From the NCBI GenBank assembly GCA_963726255.1, contig CAVSBL010000002.1, positions 2,176,001 to 2,240,000 on the forward strand: a DNA stretch of 64,000 nt, given 5' to 3'. The notes under the pieces are model-generated. The model searched no databases and was not told where the DNA came from. It saw nothing but the letters and a program-made list of their open reading frames with translations. Below are positions 47,521 through 56,790 of the stretch, one piece after another. Each line of letters starts with the position of its first letter. The stretch's first letter is position 1. The translations under genes were made by a program, and so were the position numbers. Origin of the DNA: Candidatus Bathyarchaeota archaeon (GTDB lineage: Archaea; Thermoproteota; Bathyarchaeia; 40CM-2-53-6).

Positions 47521-49474
47521 CTATTCGACTATCGCCTCAATCATCGCAACCATCTGTTCATCTGTGAGATTTCGAAGGGTTATCGCACCGGACGGGCAAG
47601 AAGCTATGCAGGTTCCGCATCCTTCGCAGAGGGCTTCCGACACTTCAGCTAGCTTCTCAGTGTTCAGGCTGAGTGCGTCATACGGGCATAGTGGGACGCA
47701 GATACCGCACCCGCTGCATAATTCTCCTACAACTTTGGCAACTGTTGGTTCGCGTTCGAGCGTTGGGCTTGAGAGGAGGTCTAGCGCCTTGCCAGCTGCG
47801 CCGCTCGCCTGTGCCACGGTCTCTGGGATATCTTTCGGCGACTGCCCTGCACCGGCTAGGAAAATCCCTGCCGTCGGGCTTTCTAATGGTCGAAGCTTCG
47901 GGTGTGCCTCTGAGAAGAAGCCGTTCGCGTCGAGTGAGGCTTTGAGTTTACTCGCCAGCTCATGTGATTCTAAGCTTGGGACCATCCCGACCGCGAGTAC
48001 TACTAGGTCAGCATTGATTTGGACGATTTTTCCGCTAAGTGTGTCGACGCCTTTGACGATCAGCTTGCCGTTCTCTTCGTAGACCTTCGCGACTCGCCCG
48101 GAGGTAGAGAAGGCCTTTCTCCTCTTGGCAACGCTTGACGAATTCCTCATATCCCTTTCCACCGGCCCGGATGTCCATGTAGAAGACATAGGCTTGGCCG
48201 TCGGGGACTTTGTGCCTGAACATCATTGCATGCCGAGCGGTGTACATGCAGCAGATTTTGGAACAGTATGGCAGGGCTGTTTCTGGTTCTCGTTGTCCTG
48301 CGCATTGTATGAAGACGATTTCTCTTGGCGTTTGTCCATCTGATGGGCGCTTGATTTCGCCAGTTGTTGGCCCTGATGCTGAGAGCATGCGTTCGAATTC
48401 CATGCTGGTCATTACGTTGGGGTAGATGCCGTAACCGTACTCGGTTAGTTTTGTGGCGTCGTATAACTCGTATCCTGTGGAGACTATGATTGCTCCTACG
48501 TCGAGCTCGTGGACGCGTGGCCACGCATCGAGGTCTATGCAGCTTGTGCCGAATTTGTCACAAGCTTTCTTGCATTCCCCGCATGCTTGGGGTAGTAGGC
48601 CTAGGCAGTTCTTGTCGTCGAGAACGTAAGCCGGCGGCACTGCCTGGGCGAATGGGGTATAGATCGCCTTCCTCCAAGTTAAACCAAAATCAAATTCATT
48701 AGGAACCTGGGCGGGACAAGCCTTTGCACATTCCCCACAAGCGTTGCAATTGACTTCATCGACGTAGGCTGGTTCCTGTCGCACCCGAACCTTGAAGTTG
48801 CCAATGTAGCCTTTCACGTCCTCGACTTTGGCAAGCCTAAGGAGTTTGATGTTTGGGTGCCGGTACACTTCGACCATTAACGGCCCGAGAATACATGTTG
48901 AACAATCGAGTGTGGGGAAGGTTTCGGAAAGTTGGGCCATCCTTCCCCCTATCGTTCCTGACTTTTCAACCAAGTAGACTTGGTAGCCGCCGTTGGCCAC
49001 ATCGAGCGCCGCACGGATGCCTGCTATTCCTCCGCCGATGACGAGAACTTTTCGAGTAACTGGCACGGTAATGGGTTGGAGCGGCTCGTTGAGTTTGACT
49101 TTCTGTATGCTCTGCTGAACCATAACGTTGGCTTTCGCAGTGGCCTTGCCTGCTTCGTCGTGAACCCAGCTGCTCTGTTCTCGGATGTTCGCGATTTCGC
49201 AGTTGTATCGGTTCAGGCCAGATAGTTGTGCGATCGTCTTGAAGGTGGTCTCGTGCATCGCAGGCGAGCAGGCAGCGACGACGATTGCGTCCAGATGGTG
49301 CTGCCTTATGCTATCCTTGATTAATGATTGGCCGGGTTCAGAGCAGAGGTACTTGTGATCGATTGCGAACACTACGTCTTGCTGCTTACCCGCTTTGTCA
49401 ACAACTTCCTTAATGTTGACATTTCCAGCGATGTTCAAGCCGCAGTGGCAAACGAACACGCCAACTCGTTTCAT
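47521..49474 (-). pseudogene. hdrA: Heterodisulfide reductase subunit A, split by a 2-nt frameshift at ~48097-48100 (true pseudogene or sequencing error)
   Basis: Upstream frame: GVFVCHCG.NI, ACSP..HE, NIRE, GGGIAG, TFPTLDC, YCSKICC ... LYLR. Downstream frame resumes GRVAKV...HPKLRP...PKDIP, CSGCG.C...CP. Restoring 2 nt gives 651 aa. Confidence 0.9.
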
Positions 49475-49482
49475 TTCATATC

Positions 49483-50397
49483 TCACCCTTTCACCATCGG
49501 TGTTGGCGCTTGGCGTATCGCTTGCATCTGGCGTGGGTCAAGTTCCAGTTCTTCGGGGTGAAGCCCCAAGGCTAGTCCGAGAAGTTGTGTGAAGTAGACT
49601 ACTGGCAGAAATTCATTGGGCGCAGGGTCTTTACCATTCTGAAGCTGGCTGGATTCTAGGTTGTATTTGCAGAGTGGGCAACTCACAGCCAGCAGGTTGG
49701 CTCCGAACGAGCGGGCTGAGCGAACGATGGCTCCCGATATGGGTTGAATATTTCCCGTCGAGCTCACGCCCAGGTATGAACCGCAACAATCAGTCCGCGC
49801 TGGGTAGTCGATTGGTGTGCATCCCAATCTGATTAGTAGGTTCTCTAGGATTGAGGGTCTATTCGGGTCATCAAACTTCATCTCCTCAAATGGACGGAGG
49901 AGCAAACAGCCGTAGTAGGCGCCGACGCGCAGCCCTTTCAAAGGCGCCTTTACGGCCTTTTCGACTGCGTCGAAACCAACACGGTCCCTCAGAATTTCTA
50001 GGAAGTGTATGACGTTTACTCCGCCGTTGAATGATTCCTCGTTGAATGTGTTGATCGCTTGTTGAGAGGAGGAAGTGAGCTTGGCATGTAGGTCTGTTCT
50101 CTTGAGAACATTGTAGCAACCCGCGCACAAAGTTACGAGAGTGCGGTCTTCCTGTTGTGCCCTGGCGAGAATCCGGTTCGGTCCGGCCTTAGTCATGAGG
50201 TTATCGTCCACGTTTGACATAACTGCGCCGCAGCAGAGCTGCCCCTGCATCTCTTTCAATTCAAACCCGAGGGCGCGTGCGCATGCTTTCGCGGATCTGT
50301 CGAAATCCTTCGCCACAGTTCGGAGTGAGCATCCGGGGAAGTAAAGGTAAGACTGCACTTCTTGCACCTCAATAGGAACTGAGTTTCCTGTAAGCAC
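49483..50397 (-). CDS. hdrB: Heterodisulfide reductase subunit B (CCG domains)
   Basis: YFPGC, CCG, CAGC, YYGC, CCG, CPLC, YFTQL.GLA.G. Confidence 0.92.
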   Translation of the reverse strand: MLTGNSVPIEVQEVQSYLYFPGCSLRTVAKDFDRSAKACARALGFELKEMQGQLCCGAVMSNVDDNLMTKAGPNRILARAQQEDRTLVTLCAGCYNVLKRTDLHAKLTSSSQQAINTFNEESFNGGVNVIHFLEILRDRVGFDAVEKAVKAPLKGLRVGAYYGCLLLRPFEEMKFDDPNRPSILENLLIRLGCTPIDYPARTDCCGSYLGVSSTGNIQPISGAIVRSARSFGANLLAVSCPLCKYNLESSQLQNGKDPAPNEFLPVVYFTQLLGLALGLHPEELELDPRQMQAIRQAPTPMVKG

Positions 50398-50764
50398 TCA
50401 CCAAGCCTTGTTGCGGTATCTCAGCGGAAGTTTGCTCGATTCTGAGCTCGTATGGCTCCTGGCGCAATTTGATTGTGCGGAGTGCTTCGCAGATCTTGCT
50501 TACGTCAAGGCCCCTTGGACATTGGGTTTCGCAGGAGAAACATGTCGCGCAGAGCCATGGTGAATTAGCGTCAAGGACTTGCTGAAAGCCAAGCTGCAGG
50601 TAACGAACGATTTGATGGGGAAGTAAATCCATCCGTGAAGCTAGGGGGCATGTGGCCGAGCATTTTCCGCACTGGTAGCAGAGTGCAATGTTCTGGCCGC
50701 TTATCGCTTCCACCTTGTGAAGCAGTGGGCTTGCAACTAAGTCGGCCGATAGAATGCTCGCCAC
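50369..50764 (-). CDS. hdrC: Heterodisulfide reductase subunit C
   Basis: CYQCGKCSATCP, WLCATCFSCETQCPR. Confidence 0.92.
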   Translation of the reverse strand: MASILSADLVASPLLHKVEAISGQNIALCYQCGKCSATCPLASRMDLLPHQIVRYLQLGFQQVLDANSPWLCATCFSCETQCPRGLDVSKICEALRTIKLRQEPYELRIEQTSAEIPQQGLVSAYRKLSSY

Positions 50765-50765
50765 T

Positions 50766-52442
50766 TTATTCCCAGCCTTTTACTGCGAATGCCTCCAGTT
50801 CGATCTTTGCTTCCTTGTTGCGATAGTCCGGTAGCAACATGGGGCTATGCCGGTCCGGCTTGTAGCCAGCCTTTGTCAGCTCCTTGTGGAAGCGGATAAC
50901 GTGGTTGAGTGTTGGTTTCCCGCCGGCTGAGGTTTGCGCTTTCTTTGCGGCGTCGATTCCAGCACGTCTGCCGAAAACTAGGATGTCTAGAAGTGAGTTG
51001 CCCATCAAACGATTTCTTCCGTGTACGCCGCCGGAAGCTTCGCCCGCAACGTACAGGTTCGGCACGTTCGTGCGGCCGTCGACGTCAATGAGTACCCCGC
51101 CGTTTTGGTAATGCTGAGTTGGGTAGACGAGAACTGGATCCTTTCTTATGTCAATTCCGAACCTCTTGAATTGGCGAACCATGGCCGGGGCAAGGCGTAG
51201 GGTTCGGCCGGGGCCTTTCAATTCGTCAATGAGTGGTGTGTCAAGCCATACACCGACGAGCCCGCCCGGCGTTAGAACACCTTTGTTCCTTTCCTTGCAT
51301 TCCCTTATGGTGGCTGAAGAAACAGCGTCCCTTGTCTCAAGTTCGTTAACAAACCGGTTCCCGTCTATGTTGACAAGCTGGGCGCCAAGGCTCCGCATTT
51401 TCTCAGTTATCAGCTGTCCAGAAATCAGTTCTGGGAAGGCTACGCCGGTTGGATGGTATTGGATCGTGTCTACGAAGGCTAACTTGCAACCGGCCCGGTA
51501 AGCTAGTGCTAGTCCGTCGCCTGTCGCGCCGTAGTGATTTGTTGTGGGGAACCCTTGGACGTGTAATCTCCCTGAGCCACCCGTTGCTATTATCGTCGTC
51601 TTTGAACGAACGACCAGGTACTCATCGGTTTCCATGTTGAGAAGTATGGCCCCAACGCAGTTTCCCTCTTCATCGGTGAGCAGTTCTATTGCGGGCGAGA
51701 ATTCAATGACCTGAATGCCGAGGTTGATCACTTCGTCCCGGAGAGTGCGCATTATTTCAGCGCCCGTGTAGTCACGGGCAGCATGCATCCGCTTTCTGCT
51801 TGTTCCTCCCCCGTGCATTGTGACGAAGGTACCGTCAGTCTCCTTGTCGAACATCGTGCCTAGGTCTTCAAGCCATTCAATAATCGAAGGGGCATCCATG
51901 ACAAGTGTTCGAACGAGGCTGGGTATGTTTGTATATCCTCCGCCTCCCATCACGTCAAGGTAGTGAGTGCCGGGCGAATCATTCGCCTTATCGGCGGCTT
52001 GGATTCCACCCTGCGCCATCATCGTGTTTGAATCGCCGAACCTTAGCTTCGTGCACAAGAGCACGTGTGCGCCCTGGTGGTTCGCGGCTAAGGCAGCTGC
52101 AGCGCCTGCGCCGCCGCCTCCTATGACTAGTACGTCGGTTTGAATGTCTGTTTTCGAGATGTCAATCTTTGCTGGGTTTACGCGACTGTACGCTTCAACG
52201 ACTTCGCCTAGCTCGTTGACGATCGGTTCGCCTTTGTTGGCTCCGACGAGGAGTTTCCGCGCCGTGCCGGGCTTATAGTCCGGGTGGAACTTCTCGAGTA
52301 GCGCCTTCTTCTCCTCAGGTTTGAGTTTTGGAAATGTTTGTTTCATGCGCTCCTTTCTGGTGGCGGCAACTTTATCGATCGAACGGCGCATCTCTTCACT
52401 GTAAGTGATTATCGTTCGCCATTCTTGGGATTGCACCGACAA
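50766..52442 (-). CDS. Fumarate reductase/succinate dehydrogenase-type flavoprotein (TfrA-like, likely non-covalent FAD)
   Basis: GGGGAG, SNTMMAQGG (Asn where covalent-FAD enzymes have His), QYHPT, E..R, TRD, HYQNGG, HG.NRL.GNSL. Confidence 0.88.
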   Translation of the reverse strand: MSVQSQEWRTIITYSEEMRRSIDKVAATRKERMKQTFPKLKPEEKKALLEKFHPDYKPGTARKLLVGANKGEPIVNELGEVVEAYSRVNPAKIDISKTDIQTDVLVIGGGGAGAAAALAANHQGAHVLLCTKLRFGDSNTMMAQGGIQAADKANDSPGTHYLDVMGGGGYTNIPSLVRTLVMDAPSIIEWLEDLGTMFDKETDGTFVTMHGGGTSRKRMHAARDYTGAEIMRTLRDEVINLGIQVIEFSPAIELLTDEEGNCVGAILLNMETDEYLVVRSKTTIIATGGSGRLHVQGFPTTNHYGATGDGLALAYRAGCKLAFVDTIQYHPTGVAFPELISGQLITEKMRSLGAQLVNIDGNRFVNELETRDAVSSATIRECKERNKGVLTPGGLVGVWLDTPLIDELKGPGRTLRLAPAMVRQFKRFGIDIRKDPVLVYPTQHYQNGGVLIDVDGRTNVPNLYVAGEASGGVHGRNRLMGNSLLDILVFGRRAGIDAAKKAQTSAGGKPTLNHVIRFHKELTKAGYKPDRHSPMLLPDYRNKEAKIELEAFAVKGWE

Positions 52443-53141
52443 CTAGGCTGCCTCCAGTTCGATTTCTCTGGTGTTGTACAGTTTCGTTAACTCTCCTGTG
52501 CTCAGGTGCGTTAGTTGTTCAAGGTCTTCGTCGAAGAAGCCGCTCTTGATCTGTTGAAGTCGTTCTTGGAGGTGTTTCGATTTCGGAGCTAAGTGTGCTG
52601 CGTACAATCTTCTTGCGAGAATTGCAACGTAGTACTGAACTATTTCTGCGGGGCATCTTGTGGCGCAGAGCCCGCACATTATGCAATCGAATGAAAGGTC
52701 GGCTGCAGTGCTGATATCGCCGCGCATGGCAGCGCCCATGATGTCTATAACGGGCAGTTCCTGTGGGCAGGCGCGGGTACAGGTGTTGCACTGTAAACAT
52801 CGCATGACCTCGGGATAGAAACGGACAAGTGAAGACAGGTCGGCCGGAAGGTCCTTCACATTGTACTTGGCTTTGGTGGCGGGATGGAACGGAAGCATCG
52901 AGAATACCATCCCCTCCTTGACAGGTGTTTGGCATGCGAGCCCCGTGCGCAGCCTGTAATCTCCTTGAATTCTATACACCGTTGCGCAAGCACCGCAGAA
53001 ACCACTGCGACAACCGCACCCCCTCAGTAACCTGTATCCGAGCGTCTCCATAGCGGTCAGGATCGTCAGGTTCTCTGGGACGCGATACTGCTTGCCGAAA
53101 ACGTAGACTGTTAAATTCGACTTCGATTTCTCAGGTTCCAT
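52443..53141 (-). CDS. Fumarate reductase iron-sulfur subunit (2Fe-2S + 2x4Fe-4S)
   Basis: GCRSGFCGAC...LACQ, CLQCNTCTRACP, CIMCGLCATRCP. Confidence 0.85.
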   Translation of the reverse strand: MEPEKSKSNLTVYVFGKQYRVPENLTILTAMETLGYRLLRGCGCRSGFCGACATVYRIQGDYRLRTGLACQTPVKEGMVFSMLPFHPATKAKYNVKDLPADLSSLVRFYPEVMRCLQCNTCTRACPQELPVIDIMGAAMRGDISTAADLSFDCIMCGLCATRCPAEIVQYYVAILARRLYAAHLAPKSKHLQERLQQIKSGFFDEDLEQLTHLSTGELTKLYNTREIELEAA

Positions 53142-53156
53142 TTGTTCTTCCTCGAA

Positions 53157-53543
53157 TTAACTCGAATTTCTCGGTGGGGTTCCTTTATCCACTAGGACAA
53201 TGGCGAAATCAGGGCAGATGTCCTCGCATACGCCGCAGCCAACACAAAGCGAACTGTCCCCAATCCGGGGCGGATGAACTCCGATCTGATTCAGCTTCGT
53301 TCCATGCTCGAACACCTTTCTCGGACAGAAGTTTATGCAGTAATTGCACCCCTTGCATCTGTCTTCGAGTATGAAAACGTCGACATCTCTAAGCTTCAAC
53401 ATCTGTTGGGGTGAGAGAGGAAGCCTAGACGGCTTAGCGGGGGTCCATTCCCTCACAAATCCCGTTATAACAGCGCCTGCGGTGTCTCGTTCAACGGCGC
53501 GGTCTACTTGCTGAGCAATGCTGCCCACTATGGGGAACCTCAC
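53157..53543 (-). CDS. 2x[4Fe-4S] ferredoxin (KorD/delta-subunit-like); true start probably downstream of the track's start
   Basis: EDRCKGCNYCINFCP, CVGCGVCEDICPDFAI. Confidence 0.85.
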   Translation of the reverse strand: MRFPIVGSIAQQVDRAVERDTAGAVITGFVREWTPAKPSRLPLSPQQMLKLRDVDVFILEDRCKGCNYCINFCPRKVFEHGTKLNQIGVHPPRIGDSSLCVGCGVCEDICPDFAIVLVDKGTPPRNSS

Positions 53544-53666
53544 TTCGCGTCGTTTTCACATTCTAATCTAAATATAGAGATAGTTCTTGGAGTAAATACT
53601 ATGCATATTAAACGCACAAACGAAGGTACGTATTTACAGAAATCCGGTTAGTCCGTAGAACCCCAT
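53544..53666. promoter_or_regulatory. AT-rich divergent promoter region with 8-bp inverted repeat GTAAATAC (53592-53599) / GTATTTAC (53630-53637)
   Basis: Intergenic region between the divergent korD-tfr-hdr-mvh and korABC operons; repeat read directly from sequence. Confidence 0.45.
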
Positions 53667-54827
53667 TTGAGATTTGGAGGTGCGGTGAGAGCTGTGAGCG
53701 TGCGAAGCATTAGTGGCGAGTTCTTCATGTCAGGTAACAATGCCTGCGCAGAAGGGGCTGTCGCTGCGGGCTGTCGGTTCTTCGGAGGCTATCCGATCAC
53801 TCCATCCTCAGAGATCGCGGAGTACATGAGCAGACGCTTGCCGCAAGTCGGAGGGCACTATCTTCAGATGGAAGACGAGCTCGGCAGCATCGCTGCAGTT
53901 ATTGGCGCGTCGAATGCTGGCGTCAAGAGCATGACGGCGACATCAGGGCCTGGATTCTCTCTGATGATGGAGAACATAGGGTTGGGCATAATCACCGAAA
54001 CTCCATGTGTCATCGTTAACGTCCAGCGAGGGGGACCCAGCACTGGAATTCCAACACTGATTGGACAAGGCGACATGATGCAGGTTCGGTGGGGGTCTCA
54101 TGGAGACTACGAAATCATCGCGTATTCACCCAACAGCGTCCAGGAAATGTTCGATCTCACAATCAAAGCCTTCAACATGGCCGAAAAATACCGGACCCCA
54201 ACATTTCTCATGGCTGACCAAATCGTAGCCCACATGACAAGTAGGCTTGTGATTCCTCCACCAGAAAAGATCGAAGTGATAGATCGAAAGAGGCAATCCA
54301 GATCCGAGCCGAATTTCCTACCTTTCGATTTCGCACAGGACTACGCACCGATGTGTGTGGCTGGCGAGGGCTTTCGTGTTAATGTTGACAGCCTCACACA
54401 TGATGAACGCGGATATCCCTCTTTGGACAACGCCGTTTCTGAAAGAATGCTGAATCATCTAATCGGGAAGATCCTGAATCACGTAGACGACATAGTGCAG
54501 GTCGAACATTACTTGACTGAAGACGCGGAAACAGTCATCGTAGCTTACGGTTCAACATCTAGGTCGGCGCTCCGCGTCGTCAACGAGGCTCGCCAGCAGG
54601 GAAGAAAAGTCGGGCTTCTGAGGTTGATTACGCCTTGGCCTTTTCCATCAAAGGAAATTGAAAGACTCAGCGAGAAATCCAAGAGAATGATTGTGCCAGA
54701 GGTCAACTACGGACAGATTGAACATTTGGTTAGAGAATTTGCGGAATGCCCAGTTATAGGCGTGCACCATCCCGCTGGTTCTCTCATTCCTCCCGAGAAA
54801 ATCTACGCGGCTTTGGAGGTTTTGTAG
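53667..54827 (+). CDS. korA: 2-oxoacid:ferredoxin oxidoreductase alpha subunit (2-oxoglutarate type likely)
   Basis: GN.A.AEGA, YPITPS, QMEDE, TATSGPGFSLM, RGGPSTG. Confidence 0.9.
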   Translation: MRFGGAVRAVSVRSISGEFFMSGNNACAEGAVAAGCRFFGGYPITPSSEIAEYMSRRLPQVGGHYLQMEDELGSIAAVIGASNAGVKSMTATSGPGFSLMMENIGLGIITETPCVIVNVQRGGPSTGIPTLIGQGDMMQVRWGSHGDYEIIAYSPNSVQEMFDLTIKAFNMAEKYRTPTFLMADQIVAHMTSRLVIPPPEKIEVIDRKRQSRSEPNFLPFDFAQDYAPMCVAGEGFRVNVDSLTHDERGYPSLDNAVSERMLNHLIGKILNHVDDIVQVEHYLTEDAETVIVAYGSTSRSALRVVNEARQQGRKVGLLRLITPWPFPSKEIERLSEKSKRMIVPEVNYGQIEHLVREFAECPVIGVHHPAGSLIPPEKIYAALEVL

Positions 54828-54828
54828 A

Positions 54829-55701
54829 ATGGCTCAGGTTGAGGTTCCCAGCGAATTTGAAACAATGAAACCCACAAACCCGAAAGATGAGATGTTGCGA
54901 GCTGATAGGTTACCACACATCTGGTGCCCAGGATGCGGGTTGGGAATCATTCTCGGCTGCCTGGTTGAGGCTATCAGAGGTTCTAATATTCCGCGGGACA
55001 AACATGTGATTGTTTCGGGAATTGGTTGCACCTCTAGAATTCCTGGCTACTTGAACTTGGACACATACCACACAACTCATGGAAGAGCTATTCCGTTTGC
55101 AACGGGCATCAAAATTGCAAATCCCGAACTTGAGGTAACCGTCATCGCTGGAGATGGAGACCTGTTCAACATCGGTGGCAATCACCTGATACATGCTATC
55201 AGACGAAACGTTGACTTGAATATCTTCTGTGTAAACAACTTCAATTACGGAATGACAGGCGGTCAGTTCGGAGCAACTACGCCGACAGGGGCAAAGACAC
55301 GCACGAGTCCTTACGGCAATTTCGAAGCTTCCTTCAACATACCGTACATGGTCGCTGCAGCCGGAGCTCCATTCGTCGCGAGATGGACGGCGCTGCACAC
55401 GAGGCAATTACTGAAGACAATGTCCAGAGCGTTCCAAGTTCGGGGATTGGCATTCGTGGAAATAATCTCACCCTGTCCTCCCACCTTTGGCGATTTGAAC
55501 AACTTCGAAGACGCCCTAGCCATGATGCAATACTTCAGGACCTGCTCACGAGTGGACGATAATGCGAAACTTGGCGAGATCGGTCTTTCTATGAAACCCC
55601 CAGACCCAATCGTCGTGGGTAACTTCGTCGACGTCAAGAAACTTACCTATGGCGAAGTTGAACGCGAAGCTATCAAAAAAGTGATGAGCCGGTCAAAATG
55701 A
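54829..55701 (+). CDS. korB: 2-oxoacid:ferredoxin oxidoreductase beta subunit
   Basis: WCPGCG, SGIGC, HGR, GDGD...IGGNH, YGMTGGQ, SPCP. Confidence 0.9.
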   Translation: MAQVEVPSEFETMKPTNPKDEMLRADRLPHIWCPGCGLGIILGCLVEAIRGSNIPRDKHVIVSGIGCTSRIPGYLNLDTYHTTHGRAIPFATGIKIANPELEVTVIAGDGDLFNIGGNHLIHAIRRNVDLNIFCVNNFNYGMTGGQFGATTPTGAKTRTSPYGNFEASFNIPYMVAAAGAPFVARWTALHTRQLLKTMSRAFQVRGLAFVEIISPCPPTFGDLNNFEDALAMMQYFRTCSRVDDNAKLGEIGLSMKPPDPIVVGNFVDVKKLTYGEVEREAIKKVMSRSK

Positions 55702-56255
55702 CACGACATGAGATCAGACTTCACGGTCTGGGAGGCCAAGGCATAATCTCCGCCGGCCGCCTGATTGGAGAAGCGGCGTCCGTTCGTGAACGTAAAGAAG
55801 CGGTGATGACGGAGGATTACAGCCCGTATATAACTGGCGGATGGTCAAGGGCAGACCTCATAATTTCGGACGAACCCATCGACTACCCGCTCGTCACACG
55901 GCCGAACATCTTAGTTGCAATGTCGCAAGACGGTTTTGACGACAACTGGAAGAGTACAGCACCCGATGCTACAATAATTGTTGAAAAGGGAATGGTCAAA
56001 ACCTGCCCAGTGGAAGGTCGCAAACTGTTCTCAGTCCCGGCACTTAGCGTCGCTGAAGAACTCGGAAAACGTGTCGTAGCGAACATAGTTATCCTAGGTT
56101 TTCTCGCGGCGAAAACTCACGTCGTGAGCCCCGAGTCCTTGCAAGCCGCAATTCTCGCAAGGTATCCGAAGGCAGGTGACCTGAATCGAAAGGCCTTCCA
56201 AAGCGGCGCCGGACTCGCATCAAAGACAGAGAAACTGCTGGAGCTAACACACTGA
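55698..56255 (+). CDS. korC: 2-oxoacid:ferredoxin oxidoreductase gamma subunit
   Basis: EIRLHGLGGQG, GG.SRA.LIISD..I.YP, ANIV.LG. Confidence 0.88.
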   Translation: MTRHEIRLHGLGGQGIISAGRLIGEAASVRERKEAVMTEDYSPYITGGWSRADLIISDEPIDYPLVTRPNILVAMSQDGFDDNWKSTAPDATIIVEKGMVKTCPVEGRKLFSVPALSVAEELGKRVVANIVILGFLAAKTHVVSPESLQAAILARYPKAGDLNRKAFQSGAGLASKTEKLLELTH

Positions 56256-56313
56256 ATGGATGGAGGGGAGGTGAATTACTGTAGACTCTGGGCGAGCCGA
56301 CGGCGCGCTCGAA

Positions 56314-56508
56314 TTGGAAACCCAGGAACCTGGCCCCGCTGTCGTCATAGGAGCGGGACGAGCACCATCAGTCTTGAGTCGATGTGAAAACTGCTACGAA
56401 TACTGGAATCGAAAGTGTGAGCGATGCTCGCGTTGCGGGACAGCAAGATTCACGCCATGCCTGCACTGCGATTTCGGTCTAAGACGTTCGCGAGGACGGA
56501 CTAGCTAA
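56314..56508 (+). CDS. Cys7 microprotein 1 (may start upstream at 56281)
   Basis: RCENCYEYWNRKCERCSRCGTARFTPCLHC; RBS GGAGGTGA at 56267-56274. Confidence 0.65.
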   Translation: METQEPGPAVVIGAGRAPSVLSRCENCYEYWNRKCERCSRCGTARFTPCLHCDFGLRRSRGRTS

Positions 56509-56539
56509 CGATTGAAAGAAGAGTAGGGGGTGGAACAGT

Positions 56540-56686
56540 TTGACAAGAAACGGAAACACGATCGGAAGATGCGCAGAATGCAAAGATACCTACGGTGATG
56601 ATGAGTGTGCAATATGCACCCTCTGCGGGGCTGCCCCGCTTGATCCATGCTCACATTGCCCGCCTAGCCCAACGATGGGTGGTTGA
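56540..56686 (+). CDS. Cys7 microprotein 2 (48 aa), paralog of the preceding ORF
   Basis: (M)TRNGNTIGRCAECKDTYGDDECAICTLCGAAPLDPCSHCPPSPTMGG; TTG start 6 nt after GGGGGTGG; not in ORF track. Confidence 0.7.
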   Translation: MTRNGNTIGRCAECKDTYGDDECAICTLCGAAPLDPCSHCPPSPTMGG

Positions 56687-56790
56687 TCCTTCCCAGTAGG
56701 GTAGCTGACGAAAGACCAACAGTTTCCGGCTTAGGTTACGTTAGAGATGTTTCGGAATCTGTAAGCGACCCGGAGCTTCTCTCGGTGGGG

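Noticed and set aside
44664-50764. Selenocysteine or pyrrolysine readthrough in Mvh/Hdr genes
   Set aside because: All expected ligands are encoded as Cys and there are no in-frame TGA/TAG at motif positions; the hdrA break is a frameshift.
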